DNA of 63,744 nucleotides, the filler included, from Candidatus Lindowbacteria bacterium RIFCSPLOWO2_12_FULL_62_27 (lineage in GTDB: Bacteria; Lindowbacteria; 2-12-FULL-62-27): the NCBI GenBank assembly GCA_001784175.1. It is 3 parts of 3 records of this genome, joined end to end, with 100 filler letters (N's around TTAATTAATTAA, not from the genome) between each part and the next. Parts side by side here need not be neighbours in the genome. Positions count along the whole stretch, not along the records: positions 1 to 24,818 come from MFPR01000018.1; 2 more parts are not named here. One strand, written 5' to 3'. Each line of letters starts with the position of its first letter. Position 1 is the stretch's first letter. The position numbers and the translations under genes are program-made. Below are positions 9,985 through 18,631 of this stretch, piece after piece. The notes beneath the pieces are model-generated. The model saw only the letters and a program-made list of their open reading frames with translations, was not told where the DNA came from and did no database searches.

Positions 9985-11240
9985 AGACACAATCGTTCAT
10001 TGTTGCATTGCTGTATTGCTGCGTTCTCAACCTCCTGCCGGTTTTTGCCGCGGAGCAGAAATCGGCGATGACCGGCACGATCACCGAGGTGTCGGGCACA
10101 GTCGAGATTTTAAAGCGGGGGGAGTCGGCCTGGCGGAGCGTCGTTCCGAAAATGAAAGTCGGATCAGGCGATCAGATCAACGCCGGGGTCGACGGGCGCG
10201 CGGTCCTGACGTTCGAAAACAGCGTCACCGAAATAAAACCTGTCACGCTCTTCACCGTCGGCCGAGCCATCGAGGGCGACCAGGAGTATCAGACCGAAAT
10301 GTTTTTGCAGCTCGGCAAGGTCATATCGACGGTGGACAAAAACAGCGGCAAACGCAACAAATTCACGATCACCACGCCCACCGCCGTCGCCGGCGTCCGC
10401 GGCACCCAGCAGGAGGTGAGTTTCGGCGAAGGATTCGGCACGGAGACGAGATTTGAAAACGGGGAGGGGTTTATGGCCCCTGTTCAGATCGAAAAACTTC
10501 CGCCGGCCATCCAGATGGCGCTGGGTGTGGCGCCGGCCGTACTGGCTCAAGTTGCGCCAGGCGCTCCCGGTCGAGGACCGGAAGGGGCGCCTCCACCGGG
10601 CGCGGCCGGCCGCGGGCCTGAAGCCGCGCCGCCGCCCGGCGCCGCGCCTCCGCCGGCCGCCGCGCCCGGGCCGGAAGCGGCGCCTCCGGAGCCGGCCGGA
10701 GGCGCTGTCCCGGCCGGCGTCGGAGACGCCGGCACTTGGGGCGCCGGAGGCGCTGTCCCGGCCGAAGCCGTCTCCGCGGCGCTCGACCTTTGGCTTCAAT
10801 CCTCTTTTGACGTCGTGGTCGGGGCTGCTCCTGAACCGGAGCCGGTGGCCGCCGGCGCGCCGGAAGCGGCGGCGCCGGAGGCCGAGGCGGCGGCCGCAGC
10901 GCTTGACCTGTCCGTCATTGCCGGCGAAGTGATCACCGTGGGGGATGGTCTAGAAGCCTCGATCGGCGACCCGGTGAGCATCGAAGGCGTCGTCACGCCG
11001 GACGCGATCCTGCAGATCGAGTCGGTCACCGATGTCACGACCGCTTCCGCTTCCGAAGCCGAGCAGGAAGCCGCGCTGTCGACCACGGAAGTGATCGACG
11101 CGCCGCCGTCCGTCATCTCCGTTCAGGAATCGACTTCCGACCAGTCGACACAGACTCTTTTGAAGGAAGCCGTCACGGAAGGCGGGGGCGGGACGCCCGA
11201 GGAAGTCGACGCGTTTGGGTTGCCTCTGCCACCGCCCTGA
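9981..11240 (+). CDS. FecR-domain exported protein with Pro/Ala-rich and acidic C-terminal region
   Basis: ATG at 9981 overlaps the upstream stop. A signal peptide is followed by the FecR-like motif GTITEVSGTVEI...GDQINAG.DGRAVLTF...ITTPTAVAGVRGT. Confidence 0.8.
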   Translation: MKTQSFIVALLYCCVLNLLPVFAAEQKSAMTGTITEVSGTVEILKRGESAWRSVVPKMKVGSGDQINAGVDGRAVLTFENSVTEIKPVTLFTVGRAIEGDQEYQTEMFLQLGKVISTVDKNSGKRNKFTITTPTAVAGVRGTQQEVSFGEGFGTETRFENGEGFMAPVQIEKLPPAIQMALGVAPAVLAQVAPGAPGRGPEGAPPPGAAGRGPEAAPPPGAAPPPAAAPGPEAAPPEPAGGAVPAGVGDAGTWGAGGAVPAEAVSAALDLWLQSSFDVVVGAAPEPEPVAAGAPEAAAPEAEAAAAALDLSVIAGEVITVGDGLEASIGDPVSIEGVVTPDAILQIESVTDVTTASASEAEQEAALSTTEVIDAPPSVISVQESTSDQSTQTLLKEAVTEGGGGTPEEVDAFGLPLPPP

Positions 11241-11243
11241 CCG

Positions 11244-12521
11244 TCAGGGGCGCGGGGCGAGGTAGGAGAAGGATTCTCGGATGGCGGAGTTTTCGGCGTC
11301 GGCCGGGATGTGGATTTCCCTCGAAAACATGCGGATCGTGTTGCCCGAAGGGTAGTAGGCGCGGATGGGATGGGGGATGTCTCTCGCCCACGCCTGGATG
11401 CGCTGGAAGAGGAGGACCGGTTTTTCTTTGCTGAGGCTGACGGCGATCTCGCCGACCGAGAGGGCGCCGGCGTCTGGCTGGACGTTGTCTTTCTGGAAGA
11501 TGAGATAGCGGTAAGGGACGGCGCGTGACATGGCGAGGGGTTTGAGGAGCGCGACCTGGTTGTTTTCGAGCGAGAGGACGATGGCGGGGTCGCGGGCGCC
11601 TTCGAGGAAACCGTCGTAATTATCGATCGGCGGGAATTCGAAATTGCCGAAGGAGTCGGTGACGGTGACGGCGAGAAGCGCCGCTTCGATGGCAGGGTCG
11701 TAGGGATCGAAAAAGCCGACCTCCTTTTCATACATCCGGACTTCCATCCCCGCCAAGCCTTGTTCCTGATACTTGACGCGCCCGCGGGCGACCATGACCG
11801 GGCGGGCCTCCGGGAGGGGCACGCGCTTGGAGAGCGGGACGAGCCGGACCTCGATGGGCCTTTCGGGCGGCGGCGGGGGCGGTGGGGGCGGCGGGGGCGG
11901 CGCTTCTACTACTTCGACCGGAGGAGGAGGAGGCGGGGGCGGCGGGATTTCCTCGACGGGCACGAGCGCGAGCGATATCTGGCCGGGCCGGACGACGATC
12001 GAATCGGCGACCGCCCGCTCCATGCCCTCGGCCGTCAGGGCCATGCGGTAGAGGCCGTCGGGGAGCATGACTTCGACATACTGGTCTTTGAGTATTTTTT
12101 TCAGGAAGATTTCCTGCGGCTGCAGCGCGGGGTCCGTTCGGGAGAGAAATTCAAGGCGAAGATTTTCGATCTGAGATTTGCGAGTCAGGAAATAGAGGAG
12201 CAGGCCCGTCCGGACGATCGACACCGTCGGGACTTCGCCTTCGGGCCGGAGGGCGTAATCGGTGTCGTAGGCGGAGACGTCGAGGGGCATCACGGGCACG
12301 GTGACTTCCTCGACCACGCGTTTTTTCAGCTTCATTTTCACCAGGTCCTCCTTACGCATCGGCGCGAGAAGGTCGAAGACTTCGCGGCGGAACCGGTAGC
12401 TTTCCTTGCCGTAGACCGTGATGACGTCCATTTCGAGCTGTTCGGACCGTGCGGGAGAAGGAAGAGCCAACAGGAACCCAAGACAAACCGATAACACACA
12501 GAACACGAACATTCGGGTCAC
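11244..12521 (-). CDS. Exported protein: TonB-box-like N-terminus, prealbumin/carboxypeptidase-regulatory-like beta domains, poly-Pro linker
   Basis: GTG at 12521 overlaps the TPR gene stop (alternative ATG at 12512). The signal peptide ends ARS. It contains DVITVYG, poly-Pro tracts and GRVKY...GMEVRMYE...TVTDSFGNFEF. Confidence 0.7.
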   Translation of the reverse strand: MTRMFVFCVLSVCLGFLLALPSPARSEQLEMDVITVYGKESYRFRREVFDLLAPMRKEDLVKMKLKKRVVEEVTVPVMPLDVSAYDTDYALRPEGEVPTVSIVRTGLLLYFLTRKSQIENLRLEFLSRTDPALQPQEIFLKKILKDQYVEVMLPDGLYRMALTAEGMERAVADSIVVRPGQISLALVPVEEIPPPPPPPPPVEVVEAPPPPPPPPPPPPERPIEVRLVPLSKRVPLPEARPVMVARGRVKYQEQGLAGMEVRMYEKEVGFFDPYDPAIEAALLAVTVTDSFGNFEFPPIDNYDGFLEGARDPAIVLSLENNQVALLKPLAMSRAVPYRYLIFQKDNVQPDAGALSVGEIAVSLSKEKPVLLFQRIQAWARDIPHPIRAYYPSGNTIRMFSREIHIPADAENSAIRESFSYLAPRP

Positions 12522-15500
12522 TGGGGTTTGCCCAGGAATTTTTTGGCGTCGGGAACGAAGCGGCATTTGGGGAATTTGACGATGAGTTTTTCCAGCAGTT
12601 GTTTGGCCTTGTCGGGGTCGGACTTGGCGAGGGCCGTGGCGGCGACGTAGAGGGCCTCGGGGGCGATTTCGGGGTCGCGGGCGATGTAGCCGAGTTTTTC
12701 GCAGTACCGCGCGGCCATGGAGGAGCCGGTCTGGGCGAGGGCCTTGCAGTAGACGAGGCGGTCCAGCTCGCGGGGGCTTTCGGAGAGCCTTGTGCCGAGG
12801 GCGATGGCGCGGGACCAGAGGCCGACTTCCTCGATAAGGATCACGAAATTTTTCCACGCCTCCTCCTGAAAGTCACCCGGGCCCAGCTCAAGGAGAGACT
12901 CAAAATGTTCGGCGGCCTTCTTCTTCCGCCCCAGATGGTACTGGGCCATGCCAAGGTAATAATGCTTGCTCGCCACCATCGCCGAATCGGCGATGGGGGT
13001 GAAGAACAGCACGGCCGCCTCGTATTGTTTGAGGTGGAATGATGCGAGGCCCGAGCGATATCGCGCGTAATCGGCGAGGTTGTCGGCCTCCGGGAGGAAT
13101 GCCTTGTAATGGACGAGCGCATCGGCATAGCGGCCGATTTCGTAGAGGCTTTCGGCGGCCATGAACCGGAGCCGCGCGACGTTTTTGGAAATCCTGCCCA
13201 TGTTTTTGATCGCAAGATTGGCGGCCTCTTCGTAGCGTTGCGCGCCGTAGGCGTCCTCGACGAGGAGGAGGACGATTTCGGCCGCGTAGGAGGATTTGGG
13301 GAATTCAGCGAGGAGGGACCGGAAGGTTTCCTGCGCGCGCTGTTTCCGGCCGAGTTTGTGGAGGGACCAGCCAAGCCCGTAGAGGGCCTGCATGCGAGTT
13401 TCAGCGGGGAGCGAGGGAATGGCGATGAGTTTTTCATACCAGTCGGCGGCCGAATCATACTGCTGCTGCGAGAAGAGCCGGTTGGCCTGGGCCTCGAAGG
13501 CGGCGGATCGGTCGATGGCGCCCTCGATCTGCTGGATTTCGGAGACATCGGCGGCGGGCGCCATGCGGATGAGCCAGACCCGGGCCTTGTCGCGATAGGC
13601 GGCGGGCGAGCGGGGGTTGGTGGCGATGCTGCGGAGGATTTCGACGAGTTCCTGTCGGGGCGCGTTTTCGACTTTCATGAGCGCCGCGGCAAGCTCAAAC
13701 CGGATTTCGATGTTATCGGGGTCGCGCAACTGCGCTTTGCGGAGCCGCGAGGCCGCCTCGACGAAATTTCCCTGCTTGTAGGCGATGTTCCCGAGGAGCC
13801 CGTCGATGTTGATACCGACGGCCGATCCGGACTGAGAGGCGGCCGCCTGCTCGAAATAGGTCTTGGCCTCCTCGAGCTGACCGAGTTCGTAGTGGACCGC
13901 GCCAATTTCGAGGGAATAGAGATCGGGCCGGCGGAGTTTTTTGAAATAGGAAAGGGCCTTCTGCGCCTGCTTCAGATAGAGGCAGGCGCGGCCGACGATG
14001 GAGAGGATCTGGTCGTTGTCGGCGATCGGATCGAGAAGTTCGACGGCGCGGGCGTAATCGCCGCTGTTGAAATAGAGGATGCCCATGTTGCGCGTGATCT
14101 TGTCGCGGTCGGCCGACTCTTTACGCGCGCGCTCATAAAAGGCGATGGCGTCTTCGGTTCGGCCAAGGTTGATCGCGCACTGCGCCATGGCGTGGCTGAC
14201 GTCGGCCTCGGCCGCAGCGTCCTCCGGTTTTTTCGGGCCGGAAAGCCATGCCTGGAAATACTTGAGCGCGTCTTCGAACTGCTCCTGCGCGTAGGCGCTC
14301 CAGGCGAGGCCGGCGTGGGCCGCGCGTTTTTCAGCGGGTGCGGCGGAGGCCGAGAGGACCTGGGCATAGGCGCGGGACGCGTCGGGGTAGCTGCCGAGGG
14401 CGTAGAAGCTTTCGGCGAGCATGAGCCACTCACGGCGGTCTTTGGGCTGTCCGAGGAGCGCGACGACCGCCGAGTATTCTTTTTTTCGGTACGCGGAGAG
14501 GACGCGGTACTGGCGGAGCTGGTCGGGCGACCCGGCGTCTCCGAGTTTTTCGAGGTTGGCGATGAGCCGGTCGAGGTCGGCCTTGTTGTCGGCCGAATCG
14601 ATCTGGACGATGAGCGCGAGGGCGCGTTTTCGGAGTTCCTCGTTGGGCCGCATCTGGAGGATGGCCGAGAGACTTTTTTTGGCCTCGTCGGCGTTGCCGG
14701 TGCGGAGGAGCGCCTGCGCGAGGAAATAGAGGGCGTCCTCGGTGTAGGCGCCTTCTTTGTCGGCGATCGGTTTAAAGGATTCCACCGCCTGCGCGAAATT
14801 TCCGGCGCGGTAGTCGGCGAGCGCGAGTTTGAACCGCGCGACCTCGTTGCCGGGCTGGGTCTGGAGGAACTGGGAGAACGCGTCGCGCGCGCCGGCCCAT
14901 GCGCCGGTCTGAAAGCGGCACTCGCCGATCCAGAGGAGGAAGTTTTCGTCCTTCTGGTAGGTATAGAGTTCCTCGAAGACGGGCAGGGCGCGGTCGAATC
15001 GCTGTTCCTTCAAATAGAAATTCGCGAGGATGGATTTCAGGCTCCAGACGTAGGGACTGCCCGGGGATGCCTTCTGGTAGGCGTCGAGGAGTTCCTCGGC
15101 GCGGGTGAACTGCCGGAGCCGGAGCGCGGACTGGATCCAGGAAAGATAGACCTGGTCACGGGAGGCGGACGCGGGGAATTTCCGGGAGAAGCTCTCGGCG
15201 AGTTCGAGGACGCGTTCGAATCGTCCCACGGTATAGTGGACGCCCATGAGTTTGACGTAGGCGTCCTCGACGCGCGAGAAGGCGGGATGATCGGAGATGA
15301 TTTTCTGATAAATCTCGGAGGCCTGCGAGTATTCGCGCAGGTAGAAATGGCATTCGGCCATCCAGAAGAGGACATCGTCCTCCCATTCGGCGCCGGTGAG
15401 CGCCGGCTGGAGTCGTTTGAATTCGTCGAGGGCCTGGCGGTACTCGCCGTCGTTGAAGAGGGCGGCGGCGAACTGGAGGTCGTCGGCGACGGCGGCATGG

Positions 15501-15568
15501 GCGGGGCGGGCGAAGGAAGACAGGGCGGCGGTCAGACAGCAGATCAAGAGGAGAAATCTAGAAAACAT
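12518..15568 (-). CDS. Large periplasmic tetratricopeptide-repeat protein (1016 aa)
   Basis: Signal peptide ending AHA, then continuous TPR helices (e.g. DVLFWMAECHFYLREYSQASEIYQKII, ALYGLGWSLHKLG). Confidence 0.9.
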   Translation of the reverse strand: MFSRFLLLICCLTAALSSFARPAHAAVADDLQFAAALFNDGEYRQALDEFKRLQPALTGAEWEDDVLFWMAECHFYLREYSQASEIYQKIISDHPAFSRVEDAYVKLMGVHYTVGRFERVLELAESFSRKFPASASRDQVYLSWIQSALRLRQFTRAEELLDAYQKASPGSPYVWSLKSILANFYLKEQRFDRALPVFEELYTYQKDENFLLWIGECRFQTGAWAGARDAFSQFLQTQPGNEVARFKLALADYRAGNFAQAVESFKPIADKEGAYTEDALYFLAQALLRTGNADEAKKSLSAILQMRPNEELRKRALALIVQIDSADNKADLDRLIANLEKLGDAGSPDQLRQYRVLSAYRKKEYSAVVALLGQPKDRREWLMLAESFYALGSYPDASRAYAQVLSASAAPAEKRAAHAGLAWSAYAQEQFEDALKYFQAWLSGPKKPEDAAAEADVSHAMAQCAINLGRTEDAIAFYERARKESADRDKITRNMGILYFNSGDYARAVELLDPIADNDQILSIVGRACLYLKQAQKALSYFKKLRRPDLYSLEIGAVHYELGQLEEAKTYFEQAAASQSGSAVGINIDGLLGNIAYKQGNFVEAASRLRKAQLRDPDNIEIRFELAAALMKVENAPRQELVEILRSIATNPRSPAAYRDKARVWLIRMAPAADVSEIQQIEGAIDRSAAFEAQANRLFSQQQYDSAADWYEKLIAIPSLPAETRMQALYGLGWSLHKLGRKQRAQETFRSLLAEFPKSSYAAEIVLLLVEDAYGAQRYEEAANLAIKNMGRISKNVARLRFMAAESLYEIGRYADALVHYKAFLPEADNLADYARYRSGLASFHLKQYEAAVLFFTPIADSAMVASKHYYLGMAQYHLGRKKKAAEHFESLLELGPGDFQEEAWKNFVILIEEVGLWSRAIALGTRLSESPRELDRLVYCKALAQTGSSMAARYCEKLGYIARDPEIAPEALYVAATALAKSDPDKAKQLLEKLIVKFPKCRFVPDAKKFLGKPQ

Positions 15569-16466
15569 ATTCGATCCGGACGAGCCGGGCTTCCTTTTTG
15601 GCGGCGCTTTCGTAGATGCACTGGCGGATGGCGGCGAGGGCGCGGTTGTCGAGTTCGAGGTATCCAGAGGAGCGGTCGATTTCGGCCTGGGAGATGAATC
15701 CGTTTTCGGCGATGAGGACTTTAAGGATGACGTCGACGCGTGGTTCCTGGATGTCGAGGTTGGGCGGCGGCTCGGGTTTGACCAGTTTCAGGATCCTCCG
15801 CCGGGCCGTCTCACCGGCCGGTCGAGCGTCACCGGAGGATGCGGCGGGCGGGGCGACGGTGGGCCGGGCCGCGACGGCGGGCGTCCACTGGACCTGGTCG
15901 AGATCGATTTTATCGGGCGCGTCAAAGGGAATTTCGACATAATCGATATTGACCTCGACTTTGGCGAGCGCGGCCGCCGGGACGTACTCGCCGGGAGGCG
16001 TCTGGACCGCGGTCGTCTGGGCGGGCGCCGGGGGCTCGTAGGCCTGCTTGCGTTCAATGTCGATCAGCTCGACCTGTTCGGACCGGACGAATTTGGCGAC
16101 GTTTTTGTCGCGGAGCCGAACCTCATCGTCGCGGCCGGACCGCCGAAGGGCCGTCTGGGGCTGGATCTCGGGCATGTCGAGCTTGAACTTCTTCTCGATG
16201 ATCCGCCCGATTTTCCGGCGGGGCGCGGCGGCCGGGAGCGTGGGCGCCGTCGCCTGCGCGAGGCCGGGCCTGGGTTTGGGCGGCATGGCCGGCCGCGAAG
16301 GGAATGCGGGGACGGTGCGGATGTGGACATCGATGGCGGCGGGCCGGACGGCGCGCAGGTGCGTTTTGGCGACAGACCAGAAGACGAGGACGAGGGCCGT
16401 GTGAAGGACGAGCGAAAGGCCGACGTACCGGTTGAGGCGCGGTCCGCGGCCGCCGAGGTAAAACAT
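15558..16466 (-). CDS. tonB: TonB-family energy transducer
   Basis: N-terminal TM segment with SLVLH, Pro/Ala-rich linker, and C-terminal VILKVLIAENGFISQAEIDRSSGYLELDNRALAAIRQ. It follows exbD. Confidence 0.8.
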   Translation of the reverse strand: MFYLGGRGPRLNRYVGLSLVLHTALVLVFWSVAKTHLRAVRPAAIDVHIRTVPAFPSRPAMPPKPRPGLAQATAPTLPAAAPRRKIGRIIEKKFKLDMPEIQPQTALRRSGRDDEVRLRDKNVAKFVRSEQVELIDIERKQAYEPPAPAQTTAVQTPPGEYVPAAALAKVEVNIDYVEIPFDAPDKIDLDQVQWTPAVAARPTVAPPAASSGDARPAGETARRRILKLVKPEPPPNLDIQEPRVDVILKVLIAENGFISQAEIDRSSGYLELDNRALAAIRQCIYESAAKKEARLVRIEYVF

Positions 16467-16467
16467 C

Positions 16468-16896
16468 CTACCGCACCAGATCCTCTTCGTAGATGACGTC
16501 GAACGCGAAGTCGTAGAACCCGCTTTTGCGCGCGACGGAGATGACCTTCATGATGGCGCCGTAGGGAACGCGGCGGTCGGCCTGGACGGCGACCGTGCGA
16601 GTTTTGAAGGGCACGGCGCGGAGCTTGGCGTAGAGCTGGTTGAGCGAGAGTTCCTCGCGGTCGAGATAGATTTTCTGGTTGTGGTCGATCCCGACGACGA
16701 TTTCGCGGACGGGCGTCTCCTCGGACGTGGCCGAGGGCGGGAGCTGAATGCCGAACTGCGAGGCGGCCTGTCCGAAGCTGGCGGAGAGCATGAAAAAGAC
16801 GATAAGCATGAGGAAGACGTCGATCATCGGCGTGGTATTCAGCATGAAGTCCTCCTGCTCGTCAAAGAGCTGGATGCGTCGCCGGTGCGGTTTCAC
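16468..16896 (-). CDS. exbD: ExbD/TolR family protein
   Basis: LNTTPMIDVFLMLIVFFML with the conserved Asp, and VQADRRVPYGAIMKVISVARKSG. Confidence 0.9.
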   Translation of the reverse strand: MKPHRRRIQLFDEQEDFMLNTTPMIDVFLMLIVFFMLSASFGQAASQFGIQLPPSATSEETPVREIVVGIDHNQKIYLDREELSLNQLYAKLRAVPFKTRTVAVQADRRVPYGAIMKVISVARKSGFYDFAFDVIYEEDLVR

Positions 16897-17606
16897 CGTT
16901 CGACCCCGCCGCCGGCCGGCTGGATGTGAAAGAGGGCCTTGACGAACCGCGTGATGTACTCGTCGAATTCATTGGCGATGATGTTGGCCCGGGCGCGGAA
17001 AAAGTGAAAGGCGAGATAGAACAGGATGGCGATGAGGAGTCCCTCGGCCGTATTGAGGAGGGACTCGTAGACGCCGGCCGCGACGAACTCGGTCGAGGTC
17101 GTTCCCTGCATGTGGATGTTGCGGAACGCGTTGATCATGCCGGTGACCGTTCCGAGCAGTCCCACGAGGGTGGCGACGTAGGAGAGCACGCCAAGCACGG
17201 CGAGGTAGGAGGTCCGTTCGATCAACTCGTACCGGGCCGTGTCGCTCATTTCCTTTTCGACGACATCGACCCCGCTCGAGGCGACCTCCAGACCCGCGTA
17301 GGTGACGCGGGCGACGGGGATATGCTCGAATCGCTGGCAGAGTTCCCCGATGCCCTGCACGTCGCGCTGTTGGGCGAGCTGGAGGAACTGCTCGCCGAGG
17401 GATCGCGGCAGGATTTTGCCGCCGCGGAGCGCGACCGCTTTCATGAGGATGACCGCGACGCCGACGATGGAGCAGGCGAAGAGGAGCCACAAACAGACCC
17501 CGCTCTTGGTCAGGACCAGGGTCATCCAGTCTTCCGGCGGCGGAGCGCCCTTCCGAGCCGCCGCCGCTTCGATCAACCAAACCCAATGCAAAGGCACATC
17601 AATCAT
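16893..17606 (-). CDS. exbB: ExbB/TolQ/MotA proton-channel family protein
   Basis: ATLVGLLGTVTGMINAF and SLLNTAEGLLIAI motifs. RBS AGAGGAGG fits ATG 17606 better than TTG 17615. Confidence 0.9.
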   Translation of the reverse strand: MIDVPLHWVWLIEAAAARKGAPPPEDWMTLVLTKSGVCLWLLFACSIVGVAVILMKAVALRGGKILPRSLGEQFLQLAQQRDVQGIGELCQRFEHIPVARVTYAGLEVASSGVDVVEKEMSDTARYELIERTSYLAVLGVLSYVATLVGLLGTVTGMINAFRNIHMQGTTSTEFVAAGVYESLLNTAEGLLIAILFYLAFHFFRARANIIANEFDEYITRFVKALFHIQPAGGGVER

Positions 17607-17625
17607 GTTGTCCAACCCTCCTCTT

Positions 17626-18597
17626 TCAGTTCTTCCCGTACCGGAACGTGAGCGTCATCCGGTGCGTGTTGCCGAGATCGCCGTAGGGGACGTAGGCATA
17701 GTCGAAGTGCAGGGAGCTGACGTCAATGCCGAATCCCGCGGTGAGGCCGTCGTCGAGGTCGTTTTCGGTGCTGTAGCCGGCCCGGAGCGCCAGGAGTTTC
17801 ATGGGCCGGTATTCGAGGCCGACGTTGTACTCGAACGGCGCGTCCCTGCGTTTCAGCGCGTCGGCGCCGATCTGCAGGCGATACTCGAACAGATGCCAGG
17901 CGGCACCCATGCGGTACGTAAAGGGCATGGGATCGGCCTGTTTGACGAAGGTGATCCGGCTGCCGAGATTCTGGATCGCCGCGCCGAGGAACAGCCCCTC
18001 GACGCCGGTCTGCTGGATCATCCCGAAATCAAATCCGACGGCCTTGGCCTTCTCATCCGATAATTTCTCGCGCATGGCCTTGATTGTCAACCCGACGCCG
18101 AGTTTCTTCGTGCGCCGGTGCGCGAGGGTGAAAGCAAGGATCTGGTCGCCGCCGCGAATCGTGCCGATCGGAAACCCCGTGAGGTCCCGGCCTTCGATCT
18201 TGCCGTAGTCGAGCACCGATCCCGAAAAGGCGATGGCCGTGCGGTCGGACATCGGCAGGCCGTAGCCGACATGGCTGTACTTCATATCGACCAGCCAGTT
18301 GGTGTAGGTCATGGTCAGCTCCTTGTCGTGAATCTTGAGCAGCCCGGCCGGATTTCCGTAGACGGCGTTGACGCCGTCCGGAATCGCCGTCATGGTCCGG
18401 CCCATCGCGACGGCCCGCGTTCCGACATCGATCTTGAGAAACGCCAGGCCCGACGTGCCGGCCTTGCGGTGGATCCCGCCGGCCACGGCCGGCGTGGCGA
18501 TCGCGAGGAGCGCCACGAGGACCCAGTACCAGCGGAGCCAGCGATGTTCATCCGTTGGATCACGCATATTCATCCCCTCCTTTACTTTATCGGTCAT
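17626..18597 (-). CDS. PorV/PorQ (UPF0164) family outer-membrane barrel, paralog 1
   Basis: GLAFLKIDVGTRAVAMG...AVYGNPAGL at the N-terminus and FDYAYVPYGDLGNTHRMTLTFRY at the C-terminus. Confidence 0.9.
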   Translation of the reverse strand: MTDKVKEGMNMRDPTDEHRWLRWYWVLVALLAIATPAVAGGIHRKAGTSGLAFLKIDVGTRAVAMGRTMTAIPDGVNAVYGNPAGLLKIHDKELTMTYTNWLVDMKYSHVGYGLPMSDRTAIAFSGSVLDYGKIEGRDLTGFPIGTIRGGDQILAFTLAHRRTKKLGVGLTIKAMREKLSDEKAKAVGFDFGMIQQTGVEGLFLGAAIQNLGSRITFVKQADPMPFTYRMGAAWHLFEYRLQIGADALKRRDAPFEYNVGLEYRPMKLLALRAGYSTENDLDDGLTAGFGIDVSSLHFDYAYVPYGDLGNTHRMTLTFRYGKN

Positions 18598-18631
18598 TTT
18601 CGTTCACTCCTTTCATGTTCTGACAGTCCAT

